Shown one piece after another: positions 37,279 to 51,814 of a stretch of DNA of 64,000 nucleotides (the stretch's first letter is position 1; every line of letters starts with the position of its first letter). The stretch lies in assembly GCA_002633005.1 (NCBI GenBank), contig NMRA01000546.1, positions 116,106-180,105 on the forward strand. Reading direction: 5' to 3'. The DNA is from Phoronis australis. Its lineage: Eukaryota; Animalia; Phoronida. The translations under genes were made by a program, and so were the position numbers. A model generated the notes under the pieces. The model was not told where the DNA came from. It did not search any database and was given only the letters and a program-made list of their open reading frames with translations.

Positions 37279-40200
37279 TAGTCCACGACAGCACCAGCCA
37301 ACCAGCGGCAAGGTGGGGGTCAGCCGATTTTCACCAAATTTGGCACATGGGTAGTCCTATGGGATCTACTGTATAAACAGCGGTAAAATATTTTCTCAAA
37401 ATATTGCGTTTTTCTAAAGTTATAGGCTCAAACACATTTTACGGCTTCGCAGCCATGTTTTCACGGTATATAAACTGTTCAGTTTTAACTGTTCATATTT
37501 TTCCTTGAATGAAAGCTATTGGTTTATTATTCACTTGGCATTGTTGAGTGGTGCCTATAGATTGTTACACAGATGTCTTGAAACACGATTCCGATTTACC
37601 ACCCTCATTTAGTAGTTTTACTACACTGCCCCCGTTATGCCATTTTGAGGCTGTGTTCAGTACACTGCTGTACCAAATCTGCCCCCGCTGCTATGAGAAT
37701 GAATTTTAGCCAAAATGTTGACAAAACATGTTACTTTTATTGTATCAAATAAAAACTTTGTCAGCCAGTTTATTAGTTATACATTTTGGCACCTCAAACG
37801 TACTAAAATGAGAAATTTTCATATGTCTGAGATCGATGCCTGAGCACCGTAAAATCTGATTGTCCTTCATGTTTTTCGATATTTTGCACTAAGTTAGTTC
37901 CTCCTGAATGTTTTGAACGTTTTACTACTTACCACTTAGGCTATAGTACCCCTAAATACCATACATGGCTCCATTTTGTAAAAAGCCGATAATGACCTCC
38001 AAAGTGAACGGAGTTAGACATGAACTCGACAAATGATTTACAGTTGTTATACCTTGCAATTTCCTCATGGGTATTTCTTCACACATGTTCAAGTCAGACT
38101 TTCTGTTGATCAAATGTTCATGCAATGCATTTTAATATCAAATTAATGATAAGTTTGGTGGCATGACCGCAGTTTTTCCCACGACTTAAAACAAAAGACC
38201 GCAGAAATTTTCCTGGCGAAATACCGGGTTTGCAGTTCTCTAAAAGCATTCTAATGACAAGACAAACTCCACCACTGTCGCCGCATGTTTTTCGTCCATC
38301 GGTCCTATCATTGTTTTCCTTTATTGTGTCATTGTTGGATATAACAACACAGGTCGCATGGATATAGAACCTTGCGTACATCAGACCGTTGCCGATAAGT
38401 GCTCGTCATTATATCTTTATTATAACAACATGAACAATGAAGATGCTTATCTATTATTCTCTTTGCGACCAGGTTTCCCGTGGATGACCACAGAAGAGAA
38501 ATCCCAAAATATACACAAACAATGACCACGCACCTTAGTAACTATTACCGCGCACACGAATCCTTTCCGTGGAACCAAAACACCAACATTTTTGTATCGA
38601 TGTATTGTGTTGTATTGCTCATGGTACGGGCTCAGACTCCGTTGTATTAAGATTCCAATCCCCAACCCTGTAGTATGTAATTTGAGTAAAATTTCTAGAC
38701 AATGCAGGTTAATGGATTTATTTACACATCTAAAAAATAAAACAATGTTTGACAATTTTATTCATTGTCTTATTTGAAAATTGCCTACCTCACTGACAAG
38801 TCAGCTAAGTTGAAAATATTCCTTGTGAAAAATATAAAATACCAACCAGAGACTTGTGTACTACAAAATATGTTTTCGTAATGCAATGCAAAAACAAATG
38901 TACAGTTGAAAGTGCAAATGTTACAACTCCAATAAAAAAATTGCCTTCTAGATCTTTTCAACGCTCCAATTGCTACAGGACAGAGTCAACCACAAAAAGC
39001 CCATAAAATCAGGGAATTACATTTAAGGTGATGTAGTCTCACTGCGAAAAAAATGATTTCGCAATAACGCTGACAACACTGGAAATCTCTTCTTCACAAA
39101 CTTGAGGTAGCTGTATTTACCACACCAATGTTCTTATCAGCATTTTACAATGAAATGGTCATGAAAAAATACTTTTGCAACATGGTTTACATTACAATTG
39201 CCCTACGATTACAGTTGTACATGCATACTAGACCAGTAACAAAAATACCCATGGGAACTACAAAATGGCCAATTCGCCAAAAAACATGGAGCCACCAGAG
39301 CTAATGTGCCAATACTTTTCAGTACTGCAACAAAACATTATTTGAAGTGGACATAAACTCGCATAAAATCACATAAAACAACTTTTGATTTAGACATTTT
39401 ACCATCACGAAATAGGTATTACTTCCAGGTCACTTTTGAGCAATTTCAGAACTTTGAAAGATCTGGCAATATGCAATTGCTAGAGACCAGTCTAATAGTG
39501 TGTGATTTTATACAGACAGCATGGTCTCAAGGAATAGCAAACTGTCAATTCGCTACAATTCCAGAAATCACTTCCAATCTGGATAAGGAACAAACTGAGC
39601 AAAGTTTATAGAGATAAATGGTCTAAATCAAAACTTAATACATCATGGACAGGTTTTCAACTCGGGTAGAAAGATAAGTTAGCAAAACTAGCCTAACAGC
39701 AACAGGGGCTCAAATTTCAGCAATATATACCCATTCAAAAACAAAAATCTATAATGGTAAATAAAATGCGGAAACATAAATTCCGATCAATTACGCATCT
39801 TCAAGGAAAAGGAACAGTACAGTGGTCAGAAATCATCTAAATGTGATGGCCACACTGAGAAATCCTGTCAGAACAAAAAATCGAGTGGCTAAACAAAATA
39901 AACAATGTACCATTACCATGTGGCCCAGGATCATGATCCGTGCCAGTCTAGGTAAATTTTAGATTTGTGTTGTTCACAGAAGCAGTTCTGGTGCAAACAA
40001 AGCTTGCGACGACACACAAGCCTACTTCCCTACACAGCTGTGCTGACACTGGATTTAGCAGATCAGCCAGAGTATTTACAGGTCCAGCCACTGTACTGTT
40101 TCCTCCCTTGGAATTTTTACAATGCTACATCCTTGGCAATCGCAGATCGCCTCTTTCAATGCATACTCCACTTTCTCTGTCCCAGTTTCCCCACATTTGC

Positions 40201-42103
40201 TGAGAGTGGCATATCCCAACAAATTACTTTGGACCTGTTGTGATATAAGCCAGTAATCTTTGGCAAATACTTTTTCCCCGACTCGTTCCTCAAGCTACAA
40301 TTTGACATATCTTCTGGGAGTAGACTTTTCGGCCTCTCTCTAGACCCCTCACTTAGTTGTTCTTGCTGGTTGTGAAGTTTTCCATACCCAAACTTTACTA
40401 ATAATCGGAAGGTCTCCAACTTCAGCAGAAGCCACTTCTTCGGCATAAGCCTTTCCTGATTCCTAAAATTGTATTAATGAAAAAATTAAGCACATTAAAT
40501 TTAATGTGGCCATTTCGGCTCAGAAAATATGAATACCAAGCTAAAGTGAAGGCACCAATATTCTTGACGGCTTTGGCATGTTGAATTAACTTAATAATCG
40601 CAGAAGTTCATTGGCAGATATAACATACTCCCTAATCTTTAAAAGTAGTTCATGGGCAGAAGTCATGTTACACATTTGGTGGTTGTTATGAAAAGTTATG
40701 ATGACTACCTATTTTCTATGCCAATGTATACATGTAGTTGCATAAACATCAACACATTTGAATAAGATATGATTGAGCAATAAGGCCCAAGTCATAAGCA
40801 ATCACGGTGTGTCAATAAAAGTAATTTTGCATGAATGACGTGCTTCTAAATATTCCTCAGGGTCTGACCCTGGAGTTTAGTGATTCCTACATGACCTCAC
40901 ACGAAGCAAGACGTTGAACCTTGACTTGACGTCTTTGGTCATTTTTCAGACCTCTAATCAGATTTCTCCTCTAGTGTGAAGTGGATGTACTCGGGGTCTT
41001 TGGCGACGCCAATATATCTCGAGTGTTGTAACGATGATTCGGGCAAGTGAATCTAATACGGTAGATTATGTAGCTCCTGCTGCACAGCTGTCTCCGAGGC
41101 AGACACTGAGACAGACTACTCAGGAGAACACGTTCCACCTCCACATCAGCTCCACTTACTCTAATAAGGTGCTCAAATGTCTCGTTCTTTTCCTTGTGCA
41201 TTTCCCAAGAGTTTCCAAAGCTGTTTCTCTCCGCAATTCGTAGAAATACAATGTACCACATTCGATGCGACTGGCAGTGCCAGATAAATAGATAAATTCG
41301 CAAACCCGCACTTTAGGTCAGCCATCATTCAACTAGCGCATTGTTAGCTATAGTTTGGTATTCAGACGAATTGCATGAACAAATTTAATATAATTTCATA
41401 TTTTAGTGGGAAATGCTAGTGTCCTTAGAATTAATTAAAACATTAAAACAAACAAATTCTTTAAATTGTTGTATTATACCACGGCATATTAATGCGTAGA
41501 AACGGCGCACAACTAGTGACTGGTTTAACATGACAAATGCACATACGCAGTCTGAAAAGAGTGAAATTCAGACACCTATTACCAAGCCTGCCTGAAGGGC
41601 TGAATAGGTTTTTATTGTATTAAAGTGAAGGTTATGAAGTCTTCTACATGTCCATGTTATTATTTTTAGTTTTCTCGCGGGGGCAGCTTCGCTAAAAGGG
41701 TACAACTTACTGCTGGTTTTTCACAAGAAGAAAATGTACCTCAACGGAAACAGTTCCAGTGTTACCATGGTAACCGATATTTCAGTGTCTGCGCCGTTTT
41801 TACTGACATTGGTCATGAACCTATCGTGTGATAACAAAATTGTTCAGAAACGATTCTGTTTGAAGCAGAAACTGGAGTAGAAAATTTGGTCAAAAATGAC
41901 TCATTTCACATCAAGAAATTGCCTCATTTTGCCCCCCAGAACACTTCCCTTGTATCTCCTAAACCACCAAACTTTGTGGTGTCATACTTCACCCAATTTC
42001 TCTCATCCCTAATGTTTTTAATCAGACTAAACATGGATCTGGATGGTTGACCTCCCACCTTGCCGCTTGTTGGCTGCACAGTGGTCGGTGAATCCGTGGA
42101 CTG
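37279..42103 (-). mobile_element. Academ DNA transposon, internally deleted and decayed, with both ends and a 4-bp TSD
   Basis: Starts TAGTCCACG and ends CGTGGACTG, flanked by ATAC (37275-37278) and ATAC (42104-42107). Subterminal inverted block cagccaaccagcggcaaggtggg(g)gtca. A transposase remnant lies on the minus strand at ~39960-40465 (KKYLPKITGLYHNRSKVICW). Confidence 0.8.
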
Positions 42104-42123
42104 ATACTTAATTGATCCAGATG

Positions 42124-42200
42124 AGGAGGCCGTGTGACCTAGTGGAATACATGTAGGTGCCAGCTTTTTTAGTCGAGGTCATGGGTTCATCGGGTCACAT
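42124..42200 (+). mobile_element. Possible degenerate tRNA-derived SINE head
   Basis: gaggccgtgtgacctagtgg (A-box-like) ... gaggtcatgggttc (partial B box). Confidence 0.3.
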
Positions 42201-43142
42201 GACGAAACTCTCGAATCAGGTTTCAAGCTCCCCAGCTCGGTTTTAGCTAAATATTAATTAAGCATAAAAACAGTCGCATGCGTTTATTGCAATGAGCTCA
42301 CATGCACGGCTTGCACACATCGCCTGCGTTAATTTTTATAAATAGTGCAAAGAAACGAAGAAATTAGTTCCTTGATATCAATTAAGTTTAGATTTGAAAA
42401 ATTCTATCCTCTATATATTATATATCTGTAATGTTGGCCAGAGGCCTGTTACATGAAATAAACCTACTAGATCTAGGGGACATTTCCTTGTAAAATGACT
42501 CCTTATTCAAAATGATTTTTCACTCTTTATTACGAATGCAACAATGTACACCAATAAGGATTCAAGCCATGTTAGCTGTAGAAAGTATTGAATCTGAGTA
42601 TCAAATATATTACAGATATTATAATATATGCAGATGAATGCATACATTTACACATACATTAGATATCGGTAGTGAAACGAGAATTTGTGTGTGTTGTACA
42701 CCGTTAACAAGTAAGTTTAAACGCTGTTAAGGATTTTAACTTAAGGTGTACAATTTAGGCATTTTGTCAAGCTATGTCAGTTTAGATAAAAAATGATTCG
42801 CTCATGATTTTGAAATTTAACAATCCATATTATTAGTGGATCTACGTTGTGTACGCTTATTGAGCTAAAAATCTTTAGGGAATTCTGGGTAAGCGTTGAG
42901 AATAGTGGAGTATTGTTGGAGAGTCTGGAGGAGCTCTGTACACTCAATTTACTGTGCAGTCAAAAATAAAGAATCTGCACCTTTACTTTTATAAGCCTTT
43001 AAAATGATAAAATGATAGCAGGGACGTTGAAAAAATCTGTGGGTAGAGGAACATCTGAAACAGTTTATTGACACGATAGTGCTGGTACATGTAAATATGC
43101 ACGTGCGGAGTGTAATCCATATTAACTTTTCATTGTTTTCAG

Positions 43143-43232
43143 GTTAACGAAGTCATCGAATCTAGTGATTTTAATGCTATAAAGAGCTTAATAGAAAGTG
43201 GTTGGGACGTCAACAAAAGAGTGGACAGTTCG
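43143..43232 (+). CDS. Isolated 90-bp phase 0-0 exon encoding an ankyrin-repeat-like segment (VNEVIESSDFNAIKSLIESGWDVNKRVDSS)
   Basis: Strong acceptor (ttttcattgttttcag), canonical donor (TCG|gtaagt) and 30 open codons. IKSLIESGWDVN fits the ankyrin consensus V+.LL..GADVN. Confidence 0.7.
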
Positions 43233-46200
43233 GTAAGTACACATGTAACTCTATGCATCAACAAAAGAGTGGGAAGGGGGGTAAGTACACATGTATGCAT
43301 ATTTGAACACCCCGATGTACTGAAAGGAACACTGGAAACGTTTTTGTGCAACCATTTAAAGTAAATGATTCTACTGTATGTTAAACATAATCATAGATAT
43401 GTGTCAGCGATGGTAATTTCAGATACACATGTACAGTTAGTCAATTTCATTAATTCGTGGCCTGTTGGGATCGTCGTAAACTTTCAAATTCTAACACAAA
43501 TCTTTGCTGTTGACTTTGACGTAAGAGGCCTTCACATCTGTGTCTTGAAATGGTAGGGCATTAACATAAAATTCCATTTCTCAATCTGATCACTGTTTGA
43601 AATTTGCGATCGCATGGAAAAGAAGTCTTAAATGTTCCTTTTGTACACCATCAGTTAGTGAAACAAATGATATTTGTGCTAAAGAGCCAATATGAATTTT
43701 ATAGCGACTATATCCCGCGTAAACATGAGACGACTTTATAATACATTGGTTGAATGCATTCCGTCTATTAAGAATACTCTATTCAGTCGCTACAAGGCTA
43801 ATACAAATGCTTACATGTACTTCAGGATTTTGTTCAACTTTTCAGAACAGAATTATTATCAGACATGTTTAGTGTGTAAAGAATTTGGTCTTGTTACATG
43901 TACAGGTATGTAGTTTTCATTAAAACTTTTGAATGATCAAATTTCCGGTCTTACGACTGTTAGTCGTGAAATGTATGGCACCAGGATTTCCAGTTCAGCT
44001 ATACATGTTTCAATGCTTTGAAATAGTTTGCTGTAACTACTCCGTCATCACCCGTCGTACAGTCACATATTTGTCAGCAAATTTGTATGCACAACACCAA
44101 GTACTTTTCCGAACATCCAGCTACATGTACATGTATCATGAGATTAGACACGTACACTGTGTATAGTTAGGTTAGTTTTGCCAATTTTATGAAGGGCACG
44201 GTAAAACCGTCTTGGTCAAATCAATAAAAGTTTTTGTCTCGTGAAGACGTTGTGAATTTTTGGATCGCATCCGCATTATTATCACTTGGGTATCCCAAAT
44301 TACTTCAATTGTAGTGAAACTCTTGACTTTGTGACGGAGCGCGTGGACAATGAGATACGCGATAATTTCTTCAATATAAGGTTTTAAAGAACTTCGAACT
44401 GTACACGTATTCATATGGCATCCTGTGTTTTTGTTGAAAGTTAACTTACTCTCAAATAAAGATAAAACACAATTAAAAGTTACTCATATAAAAGATGACC
44501 AAAGCTTTCCAAAAACACCTATTTTCCGTTCAAATTTGGAAGTTCAGATTTCTAAACGTCTAATTTCTAACATACAGATCCAAATCGCTATGCAGTTTTA
44601 GTGCGACTAGTGGTGCAGAAACACATCTCCATCTCCCAACTTATGGTCCAATTTAGAATAAGTATTACCAGGAAGTCAGTAATACTAAGAAAGTAATGAC
44701 TGCCTGGTATTACCTTTGCATGAGTTTAATGCCGATGTAATTAATCAAAAACGGACCAGGGTACCAAAGGTTCTGTTTGAAAGTAATGGTCAAATAACCA
44801 GTCGACCCCAGTATTTCACCTGCGTTTATTTGTCGTTGGGGATAGAAAAATATATGGCGTTATTGTGCCATTTAAGGTTTAATCAGGTTACTTTTGGTTT
44901 GGTGTACAGTACCACTAAAAATACCCCATTAACGCTATTTCTTCAAAAATGCAGTCCATTTTCCCTCAGCCGTTTTGAACGGCATGTGAATGGACAAAGT
45001 GGGAACATTATGGCTTGGACGCGTCGTTGAAGGGGGTTTCTTTTAGAGTTTTCTGAACAAAATACTCATAAATCAGGGTTATTTGAGCTTTAAAAAGTTT
45101 TGCAAATTGTATGGTGGTAAATTTATAGTGAAGAGTGAGATTTTCAAAGTGTGGTTTAGATTGTTTGCATTCAAAGAGATGCTTTAATGTATAATATTTA
45201 ATTACATTTTATCGGTCGAAGCTACATGTATTTCTTTAGCAATTTTGGTCGTCGTGTTTGTCGTTATCCTAAAAAGTCTATTTTTACTTTTGTTAAAGGC
45301 CTGTCCGTGTAGCAGTCGGTTAACCGTACAATGAAATATTGACAAAACTTTGTTGCGAGGCTAATACTCAAGAGGTTTTTTGCATTCATTGTTTGTATGT
45401 AGTAAAAGTCATAAACCCGTTACAAGGGACATTATTTGTCACCACATATCTTTACATGCCTCCTCTTACGCATCATCTATATCTATATTAACACTGATGA
45501 AGCGCATAAGTTTGATCAAATTGCAAACCAGAAATCGAATAGAAATTATATCTGACCAACAAATAAACATTGAAGAAATGAAATACCATAGCAGCAATGG
45601 AAACAGTAATAATAATATATACACGTTTACTACGCAAATTTTAAATATATAAGTAGTTGTTTGTAGTTCCCCTTAATATCAATAAACGCACATATTTTGG
45701 TTATCAAAATATTATCAAATCATGACGTAGGGATATAATTAGCCTTCATGATTTACTTATTTTTGCATAAAGAAAAGCTACTTTGGATAAATTTGTCAAC
45801 TACATTAAGGTGCACAATATTGACCTCATCCTGCAAGTCATGAAAACCAATTATTAAAGTCGATGTTCATCAATGTGCCGTAGATGGCTATTGATATTGC
45901 CGTTGATATCCTCGAAACGCACTGGGGACCTTATTAAGGGAATAAACAAACAACCAGTGCAAACATTTAGATACATACAGGTATAGACAGATCCATTCTC
46001 GATAAGTCTAGCGACCTTAATATTTTCAGAGTAATTTCTTTGATGAGACGTACACTGTACTTAAATATCCGAATAAAAATTCCAATAGGTTGATTAGCAT
46101 TTGCGAATGAATCATGAACGGCGCGCACTGAAAAAAGTGGGGGCTTAAGTCCCTCATCCCCCTGTGGTGCATCTCCTATAGACCATGTATGGCTTAGCAC

Positions 46201-46479
46201 TGAAAGGTGGGAGGCTATAGTCCCCCCAATAGCCCCCTATGGTGCGCCGCCCTTGGTATTTGCCTACAGGCTCGACAGTGTGATTCAAACGTCAGGTCAT
46301 CATAAATTGTAATGCCCAGATGTCTGCGCGAATTTTATTTTTTTGAAGTGGATAAATTTCACCATCAACTTTTAGATAAAGTCTGAGTGGGTGTGTAAGT
46401 GGGGGGTCTAGAAAATTTAAGATGAACGCTTGGCGTCAGCCTTGAAGTTAATACGCCACCTACGAGTCCTGAACCAAGA

Positions 46480-46780
46480 TTGTATGAATAAAGTTTTAGT
46501 TGAATGAAGGTTCTTAATTGATTTTGACATAGGTCTGCATCATTGGCATCAATAAAGGTTTCGGAGCTGATTTCTAAAAAAATCATTGGTGCAGAACATT
46601 ATAATCAGGCGCCTCGCGACACATGTATACGGTTCCCCCAACATTGATAAAGCCTTAGGTGAAGGTATTAAAAACACAACCTGTTTAGTGGTAATATCCG
46701 ATTGGATAGGTACAGTAGATTGAGTGAGGAGTGTGTGCAGAATGCCCCGTATTGTATAAGATATACAGAATTGAACACAC
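46480..46780. repeat. Diverged direct repeat with a partner at ~48440-48710
   Basis: Shared gtga.gagtgtgtgcaga.tg core, with weaker collinear similarity upstream. Confidence 0.45.
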
Positions 46781-49700
46781 GACACTTTTCATTGTTGACG
46801 GTCTTTATGTATAAGAGATTTCTTTGTGCATGAACTTATTGACATGCTGTTTGGCTGCCCTCAAAGTCGTTAAAAAGCAAAGATACATGTAGATCACTTT
46901 GAATGCAAACATCCTCCATTTATTTGCTTCTAATTTTCTCAATTCGAACGACTGACAATATCCTGTCGAAGAAACAATTTGCGAAAGGATTTCCTAGCTC
47001 AATGACGTTTCGATTCTGCCTGCATATCATGTTATCAATTTGCGGGCAGAAATCGTATCACTTATTAATCAATTTCTGAACAGATGAATTAATCGGTTAT
47101 CAGACAAAAGTTTTGATCCGAAAAAACAATTCAGTGCAAATTTCACAACAAAAATTGTGTGTCTTGTACTGTTTTCATTGATAAGTTCTCCATGAAATAA
47201 ACAGCTTCAAAATAATACCCACTCTGTGCAGGTTTCAATAAATTAGTGATTCAGAGTACATATCAGGTGTGCAGAAAACGACACGTGATTGATTGGCTTT
47301 TCTGAAAATCGATACTGATAAGATGAATGGTTTTGGTAAAATATGTTTAATTTGTAGAGAAGAGTTTGTCCTTTTCCAGGACGTTTGCCTGTTAGCATTT
47401 TGTTCAATGTCATTGACAAGTTGAATGTCTTCTTTGTGCATTTGTTCCTAACCAGTAACACAGCATATACCTAGGATTGCCAAATCGAATTTTCCTTAAA
47501 CTACTTTATACATCAGTCGCATTTTAATAATAGCCTATTCCAATATCATTTTAATCATGTATTGATGTTCTGTCGTAATTCTTTTGCTGTTTGATAATTA
47601 CCCAAATATGTTAGAAATCCATTTCGACTACGGGGAATTATAAGTTAGTTTCACCTTTGTTTTCAATTGATACGCCCAGCAGGTATTCGGTTACATAGAC
47701 TAATAAAACCAGGCTACCCCTTAGGTTTTGCCCATATATTCCCTGCTTTAGTACAGAGCTCATTTTCTTCAACATTGCTGTCTATTATATCGTATTTTAT
47801 GTCAAAAATTTTTTTTTGGCAAACTACATTTCGTCCCGTTTTGCTGGCTAAAAAGGAAACTTTAATTAAAACTTAAACTCTCATCAAATTGATCTCTTAA
47901 AGATGATTCATTAAGTGTAAATACAGTCACGCTATTGTCAATAACAATTATTTACTGTAGCTTGTTTTAGCTAAAACCACTCGCCTGGACTTTGATAAAT
48001 GTGTTCATATTTTTAAAGAACATCCATGTCCTCGCTCTGAGAATTATTAACGTTGATCCATTCTTGTTGTTTCATTTACCGATTAACATTACCAAACATA
48101 CTACGAGAGTGACGTAACCTTGTTCTTTAAAATGATCATCTATTCCAACTACGACTAATATATCACCTGTTATACTATTCAAAACATGCACTAAATATGC
48201 AACACATGTATCAGTAGATTGATTATACATTGCTTTTTTGCCCATGGGCTAGTCAGTGTGTTTCAAATATACCGGAAATTCTATCATCTACTACGATGCC
48301 TATATGTCTTTACAACTGTTTGTGGGGAATAACTACACCATCTATAAAAATTGGGTCAGTCTGTAATTGAGACATCTAGTAGACTCAGAATCTACAGTCT
48401 ATCTCAGTCGTGAAGTTCACGTGACTTCTGGAGCCCTGCACGAAGATTCAATTGAAGCTAAATAGAGAGGCTTTTCGGATGTGTTCGAAATGAGAATAAA
48501 ATCGTTTATGTAGAGGTCTGAGGGGAAGTCATTGATGTAGACCAGAATGAGCCTCTCAGGACACCAGCTCGCGGTATCCCTATGTTAACAAAGCAGGTGA
48601 CTGAAACTTTTGAAAAAACATCCCAGTCGTACTACCGGATTGAATACACACACGTACCTGAAGTGAAGAGTGTGTGCAGAGTGTCCGATGTACCACAAGA
48701 GACAATTTTGTAGAAGTGGAACCCTAATGCAACCGTGCCTAACGCTGATCCTTTACCTAACATTAAACCAATTTTTCATATTGTTATTGGATTTCTTAAT
48801 TAAACGTTGTGAAAACCTTACATATACTTGTGTTTACAAAAAGATTTAATATTTTTGTCATGCATAACTTGACTTATTCATTTCTAACAGCTGCAAGTCC
48901 ACGGTGCTTGTACATGTATTCCGTGTTTGGATTTCCATGAAGGGTACGGCGTCGTCATGACCAAAATCGGCAAAAATTCTCCGAAAGGGGTATTTTACGA
49001 GATCGACTACCCCGTTTCATGTGACTTTTTGTCATGAAACTGTCGGTATGTACTCAGTGGAAGAGTAAACGTTGAATGTGACCTTCATTGTATTAATAGG
49101 GTCCTTATACTGACTACAGTGTATGCCCAAGAGGTACAGCAGATGTATCACTGACTGTTTAGACAGCTATGAACTTCAAGTGTCACTTTTAACATTTGTT
49201 CTTGTTTAGCTATTTTGTGTGTGTTTGAGTACTACCATGCAACCATAGACAACTAGCATGAGAGGTACATGTATAGTTGAAACACGTGTCTGTAAAATGT
49301 ACTATAATTAATGTATATAACTTTAACCTGATAAAAAAATCAAGTGACTGTGCAATCAGATTCCCGGCCAAAACTTGGACTCGACTTACTGCACAGACAA
49401 TATCTCCCAGAAGTAACTGAGATTCTTTAATTTCTAATACTTAAAGCACGTAAATTGCACGACGCTAAACTTCAAAAAATTACAACTGGAGGAAATATCT
49501 ACAGTCCACTCACAACAGACCTCAACACAATGCGCTGATTACAACATTTGGCATGTAGAACCACCCATCTTCATAAATTTCTACAATGCCAGTTCACATC
49601 CCTTCTTAGTGGGACTAACTCTTGCAATCTCATTGACGAATTGCCATACGTTTTTGTATACATTGTTTCAACTCCAAGCGCAGATGGGGTGGTATTTGTT

Positions 49701-51814
49701 AAAATAATTGCCCATAATGGACTGCAGTTGTAACAAATTTCTCACTTCCACTAAATTTTCATTTTCCTGTGTAAGATCTTGCTTTCCGTCTTTCAAATTT
49801 GGTTCATCTTCGTAGCCGAACAGGTCAGTGTCACCACCAGTTTTAGTTTTCTCGAAATTTATCTTCTCCACGTCAAAGCTCAACTGATACACACTGGCTT
49901 TGGGAACGAAATCAACAAGATCAATGTACAATTCCAGGAGTAGGCAGTGGCTTATGGTTTGGATCGGCAAAGTTTAATTTCGATTCTAATGGATCTACGC
50001 CAGATTTTATTCCAATGCACTTTAACTCTTACACGAATCTCAAAACTTTCTCGTAGAATGTTTGAATATAATCCATTTAAAACTTTACAATGTCGTTTAC
50101 GTACCTCACTGCTATGGTGTTTTCGAAGGTAACAATTCTAGCACATCTAAAAACAGTAAGAAAGCTGCTATCATCCTATCGAACTTGACTCAGATGTCTG
50201 ATTTCCTTATTGTTTTCAAAGCATCGGTCATGCATTGCGTGATGTCACATTATTTCTGTATTTTCGTGCTAGACCTGTCATCATAGCCATCTTATTTTAC
50301 TTTTGAGTTCTTCATACATGGACCCTTGCGATCAATTTTTTTTTCTCGTAAAGTTATCTTTTGCTTGAACGGGTTTCACAGCCCTCCTCCAAAACAGAGT
50401 TGAGATGCGCATATTTACTTTTACTCTGAAACATTCCAAACAGCCGTGTTCGTGCAATGTTAGAACTTGATCGTGGCCAATTACTTCAGCGAAGTGACCT
50501 GTGCCAATACAAGGGAACAGCCCTGGAAATCGGTTGATTGGAAAAATGTAAAATGTTTTTACACCGATTTCTCTCTGTCCAAAATAGTTAATGACAATCG
50601 CCTGCCGTAGCTTCTTATTTGTGTTCTTACTTTAGTACACCATTTGCAAAGACACTCAATCTTTCTCAACTCACCTATCCCACAATACTCCTCGAGAACA
50701 ATTGGTAATTATAAAGTTAAACGGTCTATTCGGATTAAAATTTGACTAATTCTTAACCAACTCACTGGCGAGTTCCTACAGTCGATTGTCTGACTTTATA
50801 ATTCAGACTTTCCCTTTATCTGTTAATCAACCACATCTGCAGATGAAACTTTTTCAGGGCACGCATAATATATTACTTACAGCATGAAATGTATAAAATT
50901 AACGATGTATCAGTTTATAAGAAACCTTTACCGATGTGCCAGTAATTTTAGCTCGCACCAGGCCGGTCAACGGCGAACTATTGCTGCACGCCCTGCTATG
51001 AGTATTGCAATCAAACTTTTATATATTAAGCATTGGTTTATTACTTTAGTATACTGGTGTGAACATTAATAGTGATTTAGCCAAAAACTTCAAATTAACT
51101 AGACCCAATGATGACAGTCTATGATAAATTAAGCTGATATCAAAAGGCCAAAATTGGCAATTTTTGGTCAGCGCATGTTATATACAATTGTCTAATTTTG
51201 TTCTAACTCCTACATTGCAATCTTGATTATACTGACATCTGCTGGGTCTATCGGAAACTAACCGCACATGAAAGGCTTGGTTGAAATTATCGTTTTCTCA
51301 CATGCACTTTCGAGCTTTCAGCGGCAATTTCACTGATCGAAGCCACAAAATAAGCCGAAACTTTGACCATGCCATGTTAAACCTAAATTTTTATCCAATT
51401 TTACTGAAACTTGTTGATGTTTTCAACAATTTACTTATCTATGTTATGGGCTTTCGGCAAACGTGATTGGTTCATAAATAAGACACCACGCTGCGTTTTC
51501 TGCGAACCCCGTGTATCCTGGAGGGGGCTGAATGATTTTGGCGCATGTGCAGTTTTCGGTTTCAATATTGCTGGTAATGATCCTTGAACCACGGCCACCT
51601 TGTCGCACTACGCTGTCATTCCTGGTTACCCTAACATGAGAAGATTTCTGACCTTGCCACCACTCCTAAGCTACTGGACCAAACTGTTTTAATTACATAT
51701 GAGACCGATTTCTACATTTTAATAACAGTCTTGTTCGACTGGTGCTGTATTCCTACATCAAATTGCTAATGAGGACGCCGTAGTCCTCATGACCAGTCCA
51801 AACACGTAGTACAG

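Noticed and set aside
48505-48560. LVYINDFP as a LINE RT motif on the minus strand
   Set aside because: Flanking QG and YADD motifs are absent, and the region aligns with the 46.5 kb repeat, which lacks the motif.
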